Under the pieces are notes generated by a model. It saw nothing but the letters and a program-made list of their open reading frames with translations. It did not search any database and was not told where the DNA came from. A DNA stretch of 64,000 nucleotides from Trypanosoma brucei (taxonomy: Eukaryota), in assembly GCA_000002445.1 (NCBI GenBank), contig CP000066.1:800001-864000 (forward strand), read 5' to 3'. Each line of letters begins with the position of its first letter. Positions within the stretch are counted from its first letter, which is position 1. Both the position numbers and the translations under genes were made by a program. This document shows positions 62,437 to 64,000 of the stretch, in pieces.

Positions 62437-63609
62437 TCAGCTTCGCTTTGAGTCATCCTCGATATCCACGAGGTGGTACGAGTCTGTGGCGCTGTCGTAG
62501 CCCACGTGACACTCCAACACGGCATCCTCCGCATCCGTTGTTGGCCAATGCCATAGAGCAAAACATACGGCACAATTTTTACTTTCAACCTGGTGAAATG
62601 TAAAGGCGTCATATGTGTAGGGGTACGAACGCGGGTACACTGGTCCATAGCCAATGAGAAGCTCCTCCCCCTTCCGAATACCCCGACAAGTCATAACGCT
62701 GAGTCTCCCATCCTTATTCTTCGTCTCTTGAATCCACCCACAGTTGCTCCTTTCATCTTCACCTGGCTCATTTATGAATGGTGTGAACGTGCTCTGAAAC
62801 TCTTCAAAAACAACATTAAAGTAATCCGCGCAGTTAAGGTCCATCAGAGCGTACTTGGCCGTTGGCCTCCCCAACTTGGCATGCTCGCCGCTTAGTGCAT
62901 CGCAGTATCCCGGGTAGACGCCAACAATAGTTAACGCAGGAATGTTCTTCAAGGCAACAACACCCACCCCTCCCTTACTTTCCTGACGCACCTTCGCGAA
63001 AAGGTGAAGCGAATTCCGGGGTTGGAAAAATCTGGTTACGGCTCGACAAACCATGCCCAGCAGCCTATCATCCTCTTCCTTCGAATGTGGCCTACAAGCC
63101 TTCTTCTCGAGGGACTCAAGTTCCCGCACAACCTCTTCCGGGTATTCGTCACGGACAACCAGTGCACGACGAACCACCCTTCGAGCGTCGGGCGCCTCTC
63201 TAACGGGGGGCGTAAAAGCGGCAGGGACTTCTACACCATCACAACTGCCACACACGCGCATATGCGAGACAAACTTTTTGTTCGCGTCCTTCCACTCAAT
63301 CTGGTCGCTCGCCGCCTTGGTCGAGCACAATTTGTGAACAGCCTGCCCACAGTAGCAACAAACCTTCAAGTCTTCATTCCCCTCAGGCTTGCGGCAGACT
63401 CCGCATAGTTTATAAACAGTGCTGATTTGAAACTGAAGGAACGCCTCCCAAACGCTGGTATCATCAAGCCCATCATATGGCTCGCTGAGGCCAAGTGTAT
63501 TGCTCCAAACACTAATGTTGTAGATGTTGTGCCATAGGAACAGCTTCCCAGACTCACTATCTGTGTTGAGCGACCAGTCCACGCAACGAGTAGGTACCAC
63601 CTCAGACAT
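62437..63609 (-). CDS. SET-domain protein methyltransferase with N-terminal Cys-rich (PHD-like) finger
   Basis: C-terminal SET motifs …FINEPGEDERSNCGW… (cf. NHSC.PN) and GEELLIGYG (cf. GEEL..DY). Upstream Cys cluster CGVCRKPEGNEDLKVCCYCGQAVHKLC. The start is uncertain: ATGs at 63607-63609 and 63784-63786 are both in frame. Confidence 0.55.
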   Translation of the reverse strand: MSEVVPTRCVDWSLNTDSESGKLFLWHNIYNISVWSNTLGLSEPYDGLDDTSVWEAFLQFQISTVYKLCGVCRKPEGNEDLKVCCYCGQAVHKLCSTKAASDQIEWKDANKKFVSHMRVCGSCDGVEVPAAFTPPVREAPDARRVVRRALVVRDEYPEEVVRELESLEKKACRPHSKEEDDRLLGMVCRAVTRFFQPRNSLHLFAKVRQESKGGVGVVALKNIPALTIVGVYPGYCDALSGEHAKLGRPTAKYALMDLNCADYFNVVFEEFQSTFTPFINEPGEDERSNCGWIQETKNKDGRLSVMTCRGIRKGEELLIGYGPVYPRSYPYTYDAFTFHQVESKNCAVCFALWHWPTTDAEDAVLECHVGYDSATDSYHLVDIEDDSKRS

Positions 63610-64000
63610 ACCAACTTGGAGTACAAAGAAGACGGAGCATGTGTTAAAGTGTGTAAGAAGCAATAGAAAAGAGCGGCGACGGCAACAGCAGAAGTGCCCC
63701 GCGAAAGAAACAGTTATTGGAATTCGATGCAGTAGGGAGCAATCAATCCTGAAACGGCAGAAATGGACAAAAGTTACACTAAACATAATCGCAACGGTTC
63801 TCACGCCCCACACACACAAAAAATTTACTACACATCGTTCCAACCACGTTGCTACTAAGAGGTCGTGATTCGATTATTTCCAGCCATCTTATATACACAT
63901 GTAAGTAAATTTTACCGTTTATGTCCGCCATTTCTCGTTCGACACCACAACCTCGATAACGCGGCCTTTCTAGCACATATATTGGAAGGAAACCCTGCAA

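Noticed and set aside
1-64000. CRISPR arrays, prokaryotic promoters or terminators, insertion sequences
   Set aside because: The sequence is eukaryotic (trypanosomatid). The repeat structures present are microsatellites and coding tandem repeats, not spacer-repeat arrays. No transposase or retroelement (ingi/RIME/SLACS-like) reading frame was recognised.

Overview
This window reads as trypanosomatid nuclear DNA, closest to the Trypanosoma brucei group. It is gene-dense and essentially intron-free, with long ORFs all on the minus strand. Between genes lie purine or pyrimidine tracts and many (TA)n, (CA)n and (GTT)n microsatellites. I find about 21 protein-coding genes in one unidirectional array, with no strand switch. 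They include a poly(A) polymerase split by a ~650 nt in-frame-disrupting insertion, an FG-repeat nucleoporin, a NEK kinase, a TPR/CTR9-like protein and an NSUN m5C methyltransferase. There is also a phosphofructokinase ending in -AKL, a VPS4, two tandem RPL13 copies, an HSP20 and a class-I cyclic-nucleotide phosphodiesterase. From memory this content and order fit T. brucei chromosome 3 (PAP1, PFK, VPS4 neighbourhood). That is recollection, not a database search. The headline feature is the split PAP1 gene. Its two halves rejoin in frame through a GT..AG intron (14410..15059), matching the known rare cis-spliced PAP1 of trypanosomes. Other notable items are the nested 69-nt FG-repeat array of the nucleoporin, a 1640-aa TM+SAM protein with a possible caspase/CHAT-like C-terminus, a kinase with a triple B-box-like cysteine-rich N-terminus, and an MGC-acylatable PDE. 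No prokaryotic-style features (CRISPR, operon terminators) apply. I could not confidently recognise any tRNA or snoRNA gene by eye. ORF-track starts are often non-ATG (TTG/GTG), so I trimmed CDS starts to the first plausible in-frame ATG. True 5' ends remain uncertain.
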